Part shown: in pieces, positions 13,835 to 26,639 of the stretch
Layout: each line of letters starts with the position of its first letter
Position numbering within the stretch: the stretch's first letter is position 1
Assembly: GCA_951406725.2 (NCBI GenBank)
Contig: OX597822.1
Location: 40,300,001 to 40,364,000, forward strand
Source: Octopus vulgaris
Lineage: Eukaryota
DNA length: 64,000 nucleotides
Direction: 5' to 3'
Notes under the pieces: model-generated
Seen by the model: only the letters and a program-made list of their open reading frames with translations
Told to the model about the DNA's origin: nothing
Database searches by the model: none
Made by a program: the position numbers and the translations under genes

Positions 13835-13980
13835 TAATCAATTTAGGGTAGCAAAAAATTCAATAGAAATTATTTTGCCACCAGCGGTCTAGTGAGAAAG
13901 AGGAAATAGTCAAAGACTATGAATAAATTCAACAACAATTGAGGAACAATTGTAGCCGTTCCTCAATTGTTGTTGAATAT
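13835..13980. mobile_element. (TA)n-embedded short element ending in a 21-bp perfect hairpin
   Basis: Start (agggtagcaaaaaa...ttgccaccagcggtctag) is homologous to 62705-62780. Hairpin 13927-13947/13958-13978. Confidence 0.65.
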
Positions 13981-13992
13981 ATATCTATATAT

Positions 13993-14339
13993 GATCTTTT
14001 ATCTTTTACTTGTTTCACTCATTAGACAGCAGCCATGCTGGAGCATCACTTCGAAGAATTCTAGTTGAATGAGTGGACTTCAGACTTTTCTTAAACCTGG
14101 TACTTATTCTATAGGTTTCTTTTAACGTACCGCTAAGTTGAAGGGGTTCAAAGAAGCACACGCACACAAACATACATACGATGGCCTTCTTTCAGCTTGT
14201 CTACCAAATTCACACACAAGGCTTTGGTCGGCCCGAGGCTGCGGTAGAAGACACTAACCCAAGTTACCACTCGGTAGGACTACTTTAAGAACTATGTAGT
14301 AGGAAGCAAACATCTTACCACGTTTCTACTCCTGCACCT
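13993..14339 (-). mobile_element. SINE type A, diverged
   Basis: Reverse-complement similarity to the type A copies. Confidence 0.8.
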
Positions 14340-15109
14340 ATATATACGAGAGGGAGATTTCACAACGCATTAAGGTGTACATGAAACATCAGTTAGAAAT
14401 TTCATACTCTTGATACAGAAATGCGGAAAAAGGGCGGCTGTTTCGAAATAGATATCCCCACTCCTCATCAAGTATCTCATTCGATTAACTGGTCATGATG
14501 TTGACTCGATTCGAATTTTCGAAGCGATTGCTTTATTAAAAATTAGTTATCAGCATGTGTTTCCAGCACAACCCACCCCGCCAAAAATACAAAATTTCTT
14601 GACTTTACGAAACAGTTGTAAGTTCTTGAATAAGAGTACGGTTCATTGAGAGTATTTCGTGCTCAAAAAAAGCGAATGGCTGTCTGTAACGAAGATCGAT
14701 AGTGTATAGTTTGAGAAGAAACCGAATTGACCATCAAATAGCGTAACTTAATGCCCGACACCTGTACAATGTTGAATTTCTGTATGGTAGAAGGTCCAGA
14801 GATACCTGCACCGTATTTGATTGTTTCACACATAAAGAATCAGGTCTTGTTACGGGATCGTTTTATAAAAACATACAACCCCCCTTTTTTTCCATAACCG
14901 TGTTGATATGATCAAAGCACAACGGCGAAACCACTATTGATGAAATTCTCGTGAAAATTCTGTACTACATTTATCACAAAAATTTAAAATAAATATCAAA
15001 TAAAAAATTTCAAACAAGCTCAAGTCATCTGAATGCCCACGGCAGAAAAACTATCATCTTTTATTTACACTAAGAGAAAATAGATATTCAGAAATCTTGT
15101 TAATTATCC

Positions 15110-15450
15110 TCATATCTTCCACATTAATGTAATGTACTATCTCTCGTATTAATGTCATGTGTTGTCTAGCCTTTATATTAGTGTAGTGTATTCTCTATAT
15201 CTTTGATATTAGTGTCGTATGCTGTCTGTCTCTTATACTAGTGTAATGCACTGGTTATATCTTATAAAAGTGCTCACAATGTCTCCTATATTAACGCAGT
15301 GTTGATTTCTTTTACAGTAATGTGTCCTGTCTACGTCTTCTATATTAATATAGTGTGTCTTTTTTTATATTAATGTAAGATATTGTCTGTTCGTTTTGTT
15401 AGTGTAATGCGGTGATAGTTTTTTTAGGCAAGTGCATTACTATTTATATT
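15110..15450. repeat. Degenerate ~28-nt minisatellite
   Basis: Recurrent tattaatgt/tattagtgt ... tgtct units. Confidence 0.6.
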
Positions 15451-15523
15451 ACAATAACAAATAAGATCATTTCAGTCCCACTGGCGCCATATTGAGCCAT
15501 TATTAGCTCAACTTAGTCCTTTA

Positions 15524-15556
<33 letters not shown>

Positions 15557-16814
15557 GTTGTGTGTTGTTTATACTTTTTGCATTATAGCACTAATGCCTT
15601 TTTTAAACAAATATAAGAGGGAAATGTCAATAAAAAAGGTAATATGAAACTATTTTCAATGTGTCTGACTTTAATGTACTTATCGGTGAATAAAGAGGGA
15701 GGATGTTATTAGATAGCCTATATACGCGATGCAAAACACAAATGCACGCACTCACATACACGTTGAGACACACATTAATAAAAACACACACTGATGCACG
15801 CACACACACACACACACACACACACATGTTTATCTGTGTGTAATTATCCTAGTTATAGTAGGACGGTCGCACTTTTTGTATCTGAGCTTCAAGATAGACA
15901 AAAATGTGAGAATTGAGTTTTACTCTGTTTCGAAGCGTAAGCGAATTCGTATGTTGACTGCAACATCCCTTCAAGGTGTTTGCAGTTATCCATGTAGAGT
16001 TCCTATGAATGTCATCAGGTGGAGTGAATGTCCCTATATATACCAATTGTTCTAATCGAACATTTAGCTTGGCTTCGGCAGCTGTAGGTAGGTTGCTATA
16101 GTGACGACAGTATTGCTGTCTATCCTGGTTGATAGTGTCTTATAATGAAAGCTACATTGTCTAGGTAGAAATTACTAACTTTAACATTATTGAGTTAAAC
16201 AACTTGCGGTAATTGTGTTTTGTCAAAAAGTAAGATTTTACCGAGAATGGAACATTCCTAGCAATATTTGACGTCTAAAGTAAGAATAAGGTTAAGTGAA
16301 TCTGATTACTGTCATTTTAAAAAATTGTTCTTGCGAATATCTGAATAATTAGTCACGTATTAACATGTCTGAAATTCAGATTAATGAATATTTAAAGTCA
16401 ATAACTATTTATTTTTACATAAAAATACACTTACAAATTATCTAGCTAGCTAGCTATCTGTCTGTCTGTCTATGCTTGTGTTTTAACTGTGTTTGTGTAC
16501 ATGATACACAGGCGCATCTTGATATAATGGGGTAAACAGTAGCTGAAGTCACAAAAATTGAATATAATAACATTTACACTGAGATGTTTGGGAAATTTGG
16601 AGAAATACCATAGAGAGATTTAGCTTTACAGATGAAGTGATGGAAAAGAGGAGGGACTAGGCTTGAATGTGTCGAAACAGGGACTTCCTTGAAGATGATG
16701 ATAACAACGGCGAGGATAATGGAGGCGGAGTGGTGCGGGCTGATAGTGGTTGTGATGATGATGATGATGATGATAATCGAAATTGGAATAATAATAGCAA
16801 TAATCATTTCTACT

Positions 16815-16984
16815 ACAGGCACAAGACCTGAAATTTTGGGGAAGGAGACTATTCGATTACATCTACATCACTGGTACTTAATTTATCGAACCTGGCGGCA
16901 TTTGAACTCAGAACCTAAAGTCGGACGAAATACCGCTAAGCATTTTGCCCGACGTTCTAACGATTCAGCCAGCTCGTCGCCTTA
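16815..16984 (-). mobile_element. SINE type B
   Basis: Reverse complement of the ggcggcgagctggcagaa head. Confidence 0.8.
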
Positions 16985-17661
16985 ATAATAATAGTAACAG
17001 TAATGGTAAAACTGGTAATGTTGACTGTTATTCTAGTCCTTGATAGTGTTATTTATATTGCTGTTGTATTTACTGTTATTGTTGTGTAAGCTCAAGTCAG
17101 TCGTGATTCAGCATTCCATAAAATGCAGAGAGTCTACTAAACGACAAGCCACCACCTACATATTCCTTTACGCAGTTATACAATATCCTCATCTAGAGGA
17201 CCTCAACACTGCCTGCTCTGACATGCAGAGAAGATATGCATTGGGCTCATTGTCATAATGAGGACATTTGCAATCGTTCAACCACTCAGTCTATTACTGC
17301 ATGAAAGCAGATACTGCGCATTCAGACATGTAGTAATGAATGCTGTGTGATGCAGTGTGGCAGTCTAAACATATTACACTTATTTCATTGTCCATCATAA
17401 CACTGCATGGTAGCCATAGCAGATGTAGACACGGAAGACTCGGCCAAGACGCAACTAATCTACTGTTATTGTTGCTGTTAATGATGATGGTAGTAACGGA
17501 TGAAAAATTGTGCATTTGCTGTCGGTGATGGTTGTGACGATGGTGGTGATGCTGGTGTCGATTGCAGTGTTGGCGATGAGGGCGGTGGTATTGATTTTGC
17601 TGTTGGTGCTGTGGTGGATAAAAAGCTATGACGAAAGGGTTCGCTTTTGGTGGTATTAAAG

Positions 17662-17850
17662 TGGTATTTCGTCTGCCGCTACGTTCTGTGTTCAAATTCC
17701 GCCGAGGTCGACTTTGCCTTTCATCCTTTCGGGGTCGATAAATTAAGTACTAGTTTCGCACTGGGGTCGATGTAGTCGACTTAATCCGTTTGTCTGTCAT
17801 TGTTTGTCCCTTCTGTGTTTAGCCCCTTGTGGGTAGTAAAGAAATAGGTA
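17662..17850 (+). mobile_element. SINE type B, 5'-truncated, tail variant i
   Basis: Near identical to 53070-53255. Confidence 0.9.
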
Positions 17851-18280
17851 TAAAAGTTTTGTGCTAAGCAGTGATTGTAGTAGAGGTGGTAGTGGTGATT
17901 GTGGTGGTGGAAGTGGCTTTTGCAGTGGTAATGGTATTGGTTGTGGCAGTTGTGTTGATGGTAGTAGTAATAGTAGCGGTGTGGGCAGTGGTGTTGGTGG
18001 TTGGCGGTGATAGTAGTTGTGGCAGTTTGTTATAAGAAAGAACCTATTCTATTATTTTATTGACTTCTACAAAAATACAAATTGGGTTGGATGTAAGGTT
18101 TCGGTCTGCAGAATGTATTTGTGTAATACTAAGTGATATGATAACCGTTAGCAGTAATAGTTTTCACGATATGGTTGAGGTGGTGGTAGTCGTGGTTATG
18201 GTTGTGGAGGTTCGTTTTGGTGGCAACTGTAGTGGTGGTGTTTTCATTGGCGACGTAGACGTCAGCGGTAGATGTAATAT

Positions 18281-18536
18281 TTAGGTTGGTGCATAATTAT
18301 TGCGGCTTTTTATTTTTCAACACATTTTATTTAACAAAAACAATAGCTATATCTAACAAAAGCATCTTTAAATGAATATTCCGACCGACTGCCAAACAAA
18401 TGGGAAGCAGTAATTGAAGTAGATGTTGAATATGCTCCGGAATAATCATTTAAAGATGTTTTTGTTACATATTGTTATTGTCTTTGTTGAATAAAATTTG
18501 TTGAAAAAAAGCTGCAATAATTATGCACCAACCCAA
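18281..18536. mobile_element. Mariner MITE with ~105-bp inverted arms (Hsmar1/Made1-like TIR)
   Basis: Ends ttaggttggtgcataattattgcggc / gctgcaataattatgcaccaacccaa. Centre encodes a mariner-like C-terminus RLPNKWEAVIEVDVEYAPE*. Confidence 0.85.
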
Positions 18537-19317
18537 TTGTATGGTGGTTGTGGTGGTAGCTTTGACAATATAGTGATAAATGCAACGACTGAGATGATGG
18601 CGTTGGTGTTAACGTTACCGTTGGTGATGCTGTGTCATTAATGCTGTGCCACATAACTTTTAACCTATTGTTTCAAGTCCGGATGGTATATCTTAGCCTG
18701 AAGAAATGCTAACGATTCCACCAGTTAACCACCTTGAATAATAGTTTCAAATTTTAGAACAATGCTAGTAATTTAGGGAAAATGAAGTGAGTCGGGTGGT
18801 GGGTGTCGATAAAATAAGTGGTTCTTATTTTATCGACTCCGAAAAGATTGGAAGGCAAAGACGACTTAGTATAGTTGGAATTTTTTCCGCTACCCACATT
18901 ACTTTCCACCTATGATATTTAAGGTCCAGAATACGTTGGAAGTAGGGATGGAGGTGGGATGGGGGAAGAGCGCTGGAGATATTAGGGCACTGTCGTGAGA
19001 AAGGAGATGCTGTGATGTTAATTCTGTATTTCGGAAATAATAAGCAATCCTATATTACTACAACCTCCAGAAGTATGGCGGAAAAAATTATTTTCCTCTT
19101 CTGATATTTAAACGTATCGGGAATAAACACTTCGTCAATGTCAGATTAAAAGATCTAGGTGTTGTAAAGATCTATTTTTAGAATCCTTCACATTATTATT
19201 ATTGTTGATAATGTTGTGAATGATTTTCATGAGTAGCTCGAGGTTAATTCTAATCCAGAAGATATTCAACCGAATAATCAAAGACAACCCAAACATGGCA
19301 ATGCCTTTTATTTAGAC

Positions 19318-19555
19318 ATAATGTATTTCGGATTGCTTTATCCGGTGTGACCAGATTGTTACTTAGCGCTCTGTTGAGTCCTTTAAGATCATCCTGATAG
19401 ATTATTCACGCATAATATATCTAGTACTACATTACTCGGTGTGACGATGTTGTTTAATGCTCTGTTTAGTCTTAATGACTATCCAAACAGATTCGTCAGG
19501 CATAATGTATCTTGGACTACATTCTCTAATATGATTATCTTATAGTTTAACGCCT
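19318..19555. repeat. Degenerate ~91-nt tandem repeat, about 2.6 units
   Basis: cataat-initiated units at 19318, 19411 and 19501; the first two share cggtgtgac and gctctgtt. Confidence 0.65.
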
Positions 19556-19852
19556 TGTACATATAAACACACACACGCGCGCGCGCATTTGCACACATAT
19601 GGCAGTAAATCGGTGCAGGTGATTGAGTTTGATACAAAACTATACTTTGAGACAACTATTAATCACAAATAAACAGAAGTATGTTTGAACACAAAATATT
19701 GAAATAGAATAACTACCGTCTTGAAGCCATGTTGCAGGTTTTGAAAACATGGGCTCACAATTTCTAGACTAAATATGTCATTTCTCTTCACCTCTACGTG
19801 TTCAGTTCTCTTTCTGAAGTGTAAAAAATTAAACAAAAAATAAAAAAATAAA

Positions 19853-20101
19853 TGTTCCTTCTCGAGCCATGCCAGGCTCATAAGGGCCGGTTTCCCGGTT
19901 TCAGTGGTGTAGAAATTCCCCACATGGACGAGACGCTGGTCCGTCGCTGGATTACTCATTTTTGCCGGCTGAGTGGGCTGGAGCAACGTGAAAATGAAGT
20001 GTTTTGCTCAAGAACACAACGCATCACCCGGTCCAGGAATCGAAACCACAACCTTACGATCATGAGTTCAACACCCTAACCACTAAGCCACACGCGCCTC
20101 C
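19853..20101 (-). mobile_element. SINE: D-type head with V-domain-like tail
   Basis: Head as in 45646. Tail gcgacggaccagcgtctcgtcca...gaaaccgggaaaccggccc shared with 37760-37858. Confidence 0.85.
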
Positions 20102-20352
20102 ACAAAACAGGGTTTGCTGTATGCATGGGACTCGAAACCATAGCACTATGTATTCGTAACAAACAAACAAAACAACAAAACAAATCACCACAAACGTCAG
20201 TGAGTAGTAAAAAGAAAGTAGCCGCTGCAATGCTGGCGTCGCTACAGTAGGGTTGGTCTGGTGGATGCATGGATAGCGAAGCGGTAATGGTGTAATCTAG
20301 ACGGCGCTAATTATTTCTAGGTAGCATTGACGCCCCTTCACTTCGACACCGC

Positions 20353-20800
20353 TTCTTCTTTCAATCAGGACTCATGCCATTAACCACAAAGAATAATCTC
20401 TAATTCGAGCCTACTCTAAGCTACTAAGAATGCGTGTGGCAACTTGAAGATCCACTCACCACACGCGATAGACTGGCGGTTGCACGGCGCGAAAGCTACG
20501 TTGTTATCCTCATTCTGTAAACGGTGGCTTTTTTAACGGGTGGAGAGTTCACATCGCAATCTAGACTAGAGTTTGAAAGTTTACCACACCATAGTGGGTT
20601 ACACCATGGTTCCTCTGCTTTGTAGCAAAAGTAGGAAGAAAGAGTGAGAGAAAGTTGTGGCGAAAGAGTACAGCAGGGATCGCCACCACTCCCTACCGGA
20701 GCCTCGTGGAGCTTAGGTGTTTTTGTTCAGTAAACACTCACAATGCCCGGTCTGGGAATCGAAACCGCGTTTTTACGACCACTGTGTCATTGCGCCTCCT
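20353..20800 (-). mobile_element. SINE: C head with long tail X
   Basis: Reverse complement of 43937-44418. Confidence 0.9.
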
Positions 20801-20924
20801 CAGGTGATGCTGTCAGATTGTGCCGAAATAGTTGGGATCTCTTGTCTATAGTTGATGAAGGCAATTCCACACAGTGCAACCTGATGTTTAAATAATAATG
20901 ATGGATTCTTCAGTCGAAGATGGC

Positions 20925-21181
20925 GTACGTGTGTTCAGTTTTTGCCGAACGACCTGCACAAATGATTTGTTAATAACGCTCAAATGTATGTGCTTTTAAT
21001 AAACTCACTCCTTCCATCAGACCAACGTTGCCTGAACAGGTGAACGTTGTACCACGCGTCAGGTGTCGAATGGATTGCAGAGTAATGTGAGATGAGGATT
21101 TTTGCTCAAGAAAATAACGCGCCGTCCGGTCTAGGAATTGAACCACAATCTCGAGATCGTGAGTGCAACACCCTAACCACC
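20925..21181 (-). mobile_element. SINE: D-type head with tail Y
   Basis: Head similar to 45646; head and tail start match 58695-58825. Confidence 0.75.
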
Positions 21182-21204
21182 GCTAATGATAATAATAATA
21201 ATCC

Positions 21205-21356
21205 TTTCAATTTTAGTCGCAAAGAGAGGAGACCAATCGGTTACATCGACTCGAGTGCTCGACTGGTATTTGTTTTCATCAATTCCGAAAGGATTTGAAC
21301 TCAGAACGTAAAGACAGGCGAAATACCACTTAGTATTTTATCTGGTGTGTTAACGT
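21205..21356 (-). mobile_element. SINE type B, degenerate
   Basis: atttgaactcagaacgtaaagacaggcgaaatacc is the reverse complement of the B head. Confidence 0.7.
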
Positions 21357-21396
21357 CACCTGGTGTCTTACGTCACCTTAAATAACAACTATATAT

Positions 21397-21439
<43 letters not shown>

Positions 21440-22859
21440 AGTATTTCTGGATGGTCATTTTTTCTTGTCAAATAAACACAAGCACTATATATTTTTTCTT
21501 CACTTGTTTATTACTGTCCATATTTTATTATATAAAGAGGGGAGGGAGAGAAAGTGGAATGGTCTGGTATGGTATGGGGGGGGGGAATAAAGGTAGAAGG
21601 AGACGCTTTTTCCTCTTTCCATCTTTCTTTCTCTCTTTCCCCCTCTCTCTCCGCCACTCTTGCACTTTCTCTCAGACTCCATCGTCCCCTCTCACTTTCC
21701 ACCTCCTTCCAGACACACACACACACACACACACTCTATCTGCCCCCTACACCTTATCACTTTTCTACCTCTCCTCGCTCCAATTCGTGCTCCTCAGTGT
21801 CCCTCTCTGCGACCCTCCTCCCGTTGGCCCCCTCTATCAGGAATTCGGTCAACCCATTAGTGTCGGGGCGATGATGGTAAAGAACTTGTAACAGCTGCCA
21901 GTTACGATTCTGTAATTTCAATCCCCAGAGGCGTGGTTGTATGTAATCTGCTGAGTTATGTATACTTGTATTGGTCCTGCTCTTGGGCTTTGGCTGGCTC
22001 TGCGCTGTAAGGAGTTTTCTGTTAGTAAAAAACCAGCAATATGAGACGGAATTGTAGATTGCGGTGGTCTATGGTGGTGGATCACATGAGTTCCATGTCA
22101 GATGTGGGTAGGGACTGATAGGCGTGGCGTTAGCTAGTGATATTGTTTATATACATGGGTAGATATGTTGGAAGGGGTGGTTTAGCACGCACGGAAAGAG
22201 AGAGAGAGACAAAGATACATAGTTTGAAAGGCATATATATGAATATACTAAAACATATAATACGTGAGAGAGGGAGAGAGAGAGAGACAGGACGGAGTAT
22301 GAAGAGAGAGAGAGACAAAGAGGACGGAGTATGGAGAGAGAGAGAGACAAAGATACACAGACAGATTGATAGACAGATAATTATATATATATATATATAT
22401 ATATATACATGAGAGAGAGATGTACAGTTAGGCAAATACATAATCAAATAGACAGGGTGACAGACAGACAGATAATTAGTACGAAGGTAGATGGATTCGC
22501 ACAGTTACAAACACAAGCAAACGTATTTAGTTGGTGAATAATGGCATCAATTATTTGACGACACGCATACACGTGCGCGTGTATCTGTGCGCATGTGTGA
22601 AGAATATTAATAGACACAATTTCACCAACCTTTTTCTTACACTTCGATCATTGTATAGCAATGTGGGTCACATCTGTTGCTATAGAATCATTATTTGTTT
22701 ATTATGACAGATTGTAGGGGTTTCGTTACTGCCAGGGGGCAGCACTGCGTGATCTGATATTTCTAAGTGCAATGTCTACGTACTTAGATCTAGAGATAGC
22801 GTTGATAACTGAGCTGATTAAAATTGGTAAGGATGCCATCTTGAGGAAATCTTACAGTA

Positions 22860-23280
22860 ATGAGAGAATGAAGGAGCCTCATTGTGTACACTTCAGTTGC
22901 TAGAAATAGCAACCCAATCTCCATTAAATCACACTCTTCTGTCTTTGAATAATGCAGTCCTTGATATGGTGAAGTTAGACAATTGGATAATGTGGCTGAA
23001 TATACCGAGAAATAATTTTGGCTGTTACTTCTTTGAGCTTACATTAAATCTACCAGAGATTATGTAGATCTAAACAACAATAATAGTCATATAGAATAAG
23101 CGAGAGAATTCTATGCTAAAGATTGCAGCCAAATCTGCCTGAAATCACACTCTATCCACTTAGCAAAAAGAATGATTCGGTTTAACTTTAAAGCACAGTG
23201 TCAAAAATTAGATGGAATGGGCACGGTTGGAAGGTGATTACAGATCATGATCAGAGCTGCCCTGTGGCTAAATAGTAACA
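22860..23280 (-). repeat. Old dispersed repeat family E (two adjacent copies)
   Basis: Motif gctagaaatagca..caaatct...aaatcacac. Related motifs (either strand) near 8955, 37350, 38745, 38960, 43860, 55200, 58917. Class unknown. Confidence 0.6.
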
Positions 23281-23738
23281 AGAATATTATCAACTGCAGC
23301 AGCAGCTTTCCTGTAAGGAGGAAAATAGAATTGTTTCATGTTTTCTAAGACTCTTAAGCCTACTTTCCCGCTAAATGCTTATTACAATTTCTTTGAGTGT
23401 GTGTGTTTGTGCGTGTATGTTTGTGTATGTCTGTGACTGACTGTACATGTAAGTGGTACGCATGCATGGGAATGTATATGTTATGTATGTACCCTGTAAA
23501 GCTATGCAATGATGTGTCTACATATGTATGTACGTGTATGTATGTATTTATATATATATGTATATATGTATGTATTTATATATATGTATATATGTATGTA
23601 TTTATATATGTATATATGTATGTATTTATATATATATATATATGTATGTATTTATATATAAATATATATATATGTATGTATATGTATATATATGTATGTA
23701 TATGTATGTATATGTATATATATGTATGTATATGTATA

Positions 23739-23781
<43 letters not shown>

Positions 23782-23904
23782 ACGTGGGGCAGCTGATGAT
23801 GGAGGTATGTTGGATTGTTGGTATGACTGTGGAATAGTATTATAACACATCCTTTGATATATATATATACATATATATATATGTATGTGTGTGTGCGTGT
23901 GTGT

Positions 23905-24060
23905 ATAATCTTATTTTGCATATTCCCCTCTCAAATTCACACACTTCTTGCAGAGGTCCTTCAGTTTTCCTAAGCCCTGTAAAAGAACTCTGAAGTTTCG
24001 GCCTCCAATGAGGTCTTTCGCGATACCCTTAAAGCCAGGAACTTCTCAGCAACTCTTGTA
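23905..24060. mobile_element. Mariner-derived MITE, partial (57047 family)
   Basis: Matches 57105-57265. Confidence 0.8.
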
Positions 24061-24471
24061 TTTAAAAGGATTCCAAGGGCCAACTGTTCATCCATCCGTC
24101 GTTGTATAATGGACGAAAACAATATCAGAAGCACATATCAAGACACTTCGCTGCAAACAAATTATTGAGTAAACTTTTAAGAAGCTTCATTATGAATTTA
24201 ATCCTGATCCGAATGTGGTGTGAACTTCGCCGAGAATTCCCTGGACTCAAACATCTGGGCTTGAATTCATACCTGTTCACAAAAATGGAGTTGTATTTAG
24301 TGACCTATCAAAAAATGTCTATTTGCACATGCTACTAGTATAAATACATCGAGGTGGCTTAGTATATTTTATTTCCACTAACTGACATAGGTGTGTTTGC
24401 GTATGAAAAATGTCGAAACTATACATAAGTACAACAAAAAACGCTCATAAAATAGTCATAAAGTTATATAC

Positions 24472-24691
24472 TTTTACTCTCTTATACTCTTTTACTTGTT
24501 TCAGTCATGTGACTGTAGCCATACTGGAGCACCGCCTTTAGTCGAGCAAATCGATCCCAGGACTTATTCTTTGGAAGCCTAGTACTTATTCTATCGGTCT
24601 CTTTTGCCGAACCGCTAAGTTACAGGGACGTAAACACACCAGCATTGGTTGTCAAGCGATGTTGTGGGGACAAAAACAGACACACAAACAT

Positions 24692-24760
<69 letters not shown>
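24472..24760 (-). mobile_element. SINE type A, 3' half
   Basis: Tail plus internal microsatellite; head missing. Confidence 0.85.
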
Positions 24761-24763
<3 letters not shown>

Positions 24764-25451
24764 TTTATAATGTTTTATGGCGACTGAAACTGCATTTTAA
24801 GTTTTGTGAAACGAAGACTTATTTTCAAATTTTCCAGTTTTTCATACCTTCAAACCAAGGACTAAAAAATCGCAAAGTCGCACGCGCACTCACTCAAACA
24901 AACACACACAAAGTTATGCACTCATACACACGTATGTGTGCTTTTGTGAGCGTGTATATAAAATGTGTATATACAATTCAACTGTCTTTGTCCTGATTCT
25001 ATAATATGTGAATATTTATGATGATGACATCATTGCGATTATTTGAATGCATATATTGACTGCATATAACAATGTGAGTACCTTTTGCATTGTGTATCTT
25101 TAAGAAATATACACTGCAAGTTATTGTTCTATTGATATGCCACATGCATGCATACAATATATATATATGCATAAACATGTCATGTCAAACATCTACATGT
25201 TATAGATAAAAGACAGAGTAATAATTTACGCTTGAGCACCATCACGACCTGGATATTTATTTTTGTGTACAGAAAAACAACAACACATTGATGTAAGCAC
25301 GCACACAGGTACAACACCCACATACACATACACACTATTCTGCGTTACACAAATTTACCTGGAATACACGGGAAGAGATACAGCGTATCTATTGGTACAT
25401 TCCTGTATACATCAGTAATAACATCAACAACAGCAACAAAAATCATATCAA

Positions 25452-26222
25452 AAGCGGCGAGCTGGCAGAACCGTTAGCACGCCGGGAGAAATGCTTAGCA
25501 GTATTTCGTCTGCCGCTACGTTCTGAGTTCAAATTCCACCGAGGTCGACTTTACCATTCATCCTTTCGGGGTCGATTAAATAAGTACCAGTTACGCACTG
25601 GGGTCGATGTAATCGACTTAATCCCTTTGTCTGTCCTTGTTTGTCCCCTGTATGTTTAGCCCCTTGTGGGCAATAAAGAAATAAACGTTAGCACGTCGGG
25701 CGAACTGCTTGGTGATATTACGTCTCTTTAAGTTCAAATTCCGCCGATGTCGACTTTGCCTTTCATATTTTCGGAGTCGATAAATTAGGTACCAGTTGCG
25801 TACTGGAATCGATCTAATCGACTGGACCCCTATCCAAACATTTAGGGACTTGTGCCTAGAGTAGAAAAGAATATTTATTCAAAATAAAAATGTTTGCACG
25901 CCGGGCGAAAAGCATAGCGGTAGTTTCTCTGTCTTTACGGTCTAAGTTCAAATTCCGCCGAGGTCGACGTTACCGTTCGGGGCCGATAAATTAAGTACCA
26001 GTTGCGTTCTGGGGTCGATGTAATCGACTGGGCTTCTCCCCCCAAATTTCAGGCCTTGTGCCTAGAGTAGAAAAGAATATTTATTCATAATAAGACAGCG
26101 AGCTGGCAGAAACGTTAGCACGCCGGGCGAAATGCTTAGCAGTACTTCGTCTGTCTTTACGTTCTGAGTTCAAATTCCGCCGATGTCCCCCAAAATTTCG
26201 GGCCTTGTGGCTAGAATAAAAA
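25452..26222 (+). mobile_element. Tandem array of four SINE type B units
   Basis: B-head restarts near 25452, 25684, 25896 and 26095. Confidence 0.9.
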
Positions 26223-26639
26223 ATAATCATAGCAACAATGAAAACAGTGACTATATCCATGAAAATAACGAAACAAAAACACCAACTGGATCCAACACCA
26301 ATACCACTAAAAATAATACTGTGTCCTTGACAATCTTAGTTAAAAGAACAACAGCAACAACGACCACTACCCCTACCAGTGACAACATCCGCATCGCCAT
26401 TGCATTATGAACAACAAAAACAATATCCTTAGCAGAAAGACAACACTGCCGCCGCCATTACAGCGACAACATCAACAACAACATGGAACGGTGCCATCAT
26501 CACGACAATAAGAAGAACGTGCACAATAAGAAGAACGCCATTTTACAACAACGACAACGAGAGCATGAATTATTATATCACCGCTAACACCACAAAAATA
26601 TTAGAAATAGTACCTGTGGCAACACTAACGCCAATACCT

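Noticed and set aside
13685-16020. Further minus-strand hammerhead-like strings near 13690-13720 and 15925-16020
   Set aside because: Helices I-III could not be formed convincingly.
21868-21990. C/D snoRNA-like (ATGATGG...CTGA) or let-7-like hairpin
   Set aside because: Imperfect C box, no terminal stem, no let-7 seed and poor hairpin pairing.
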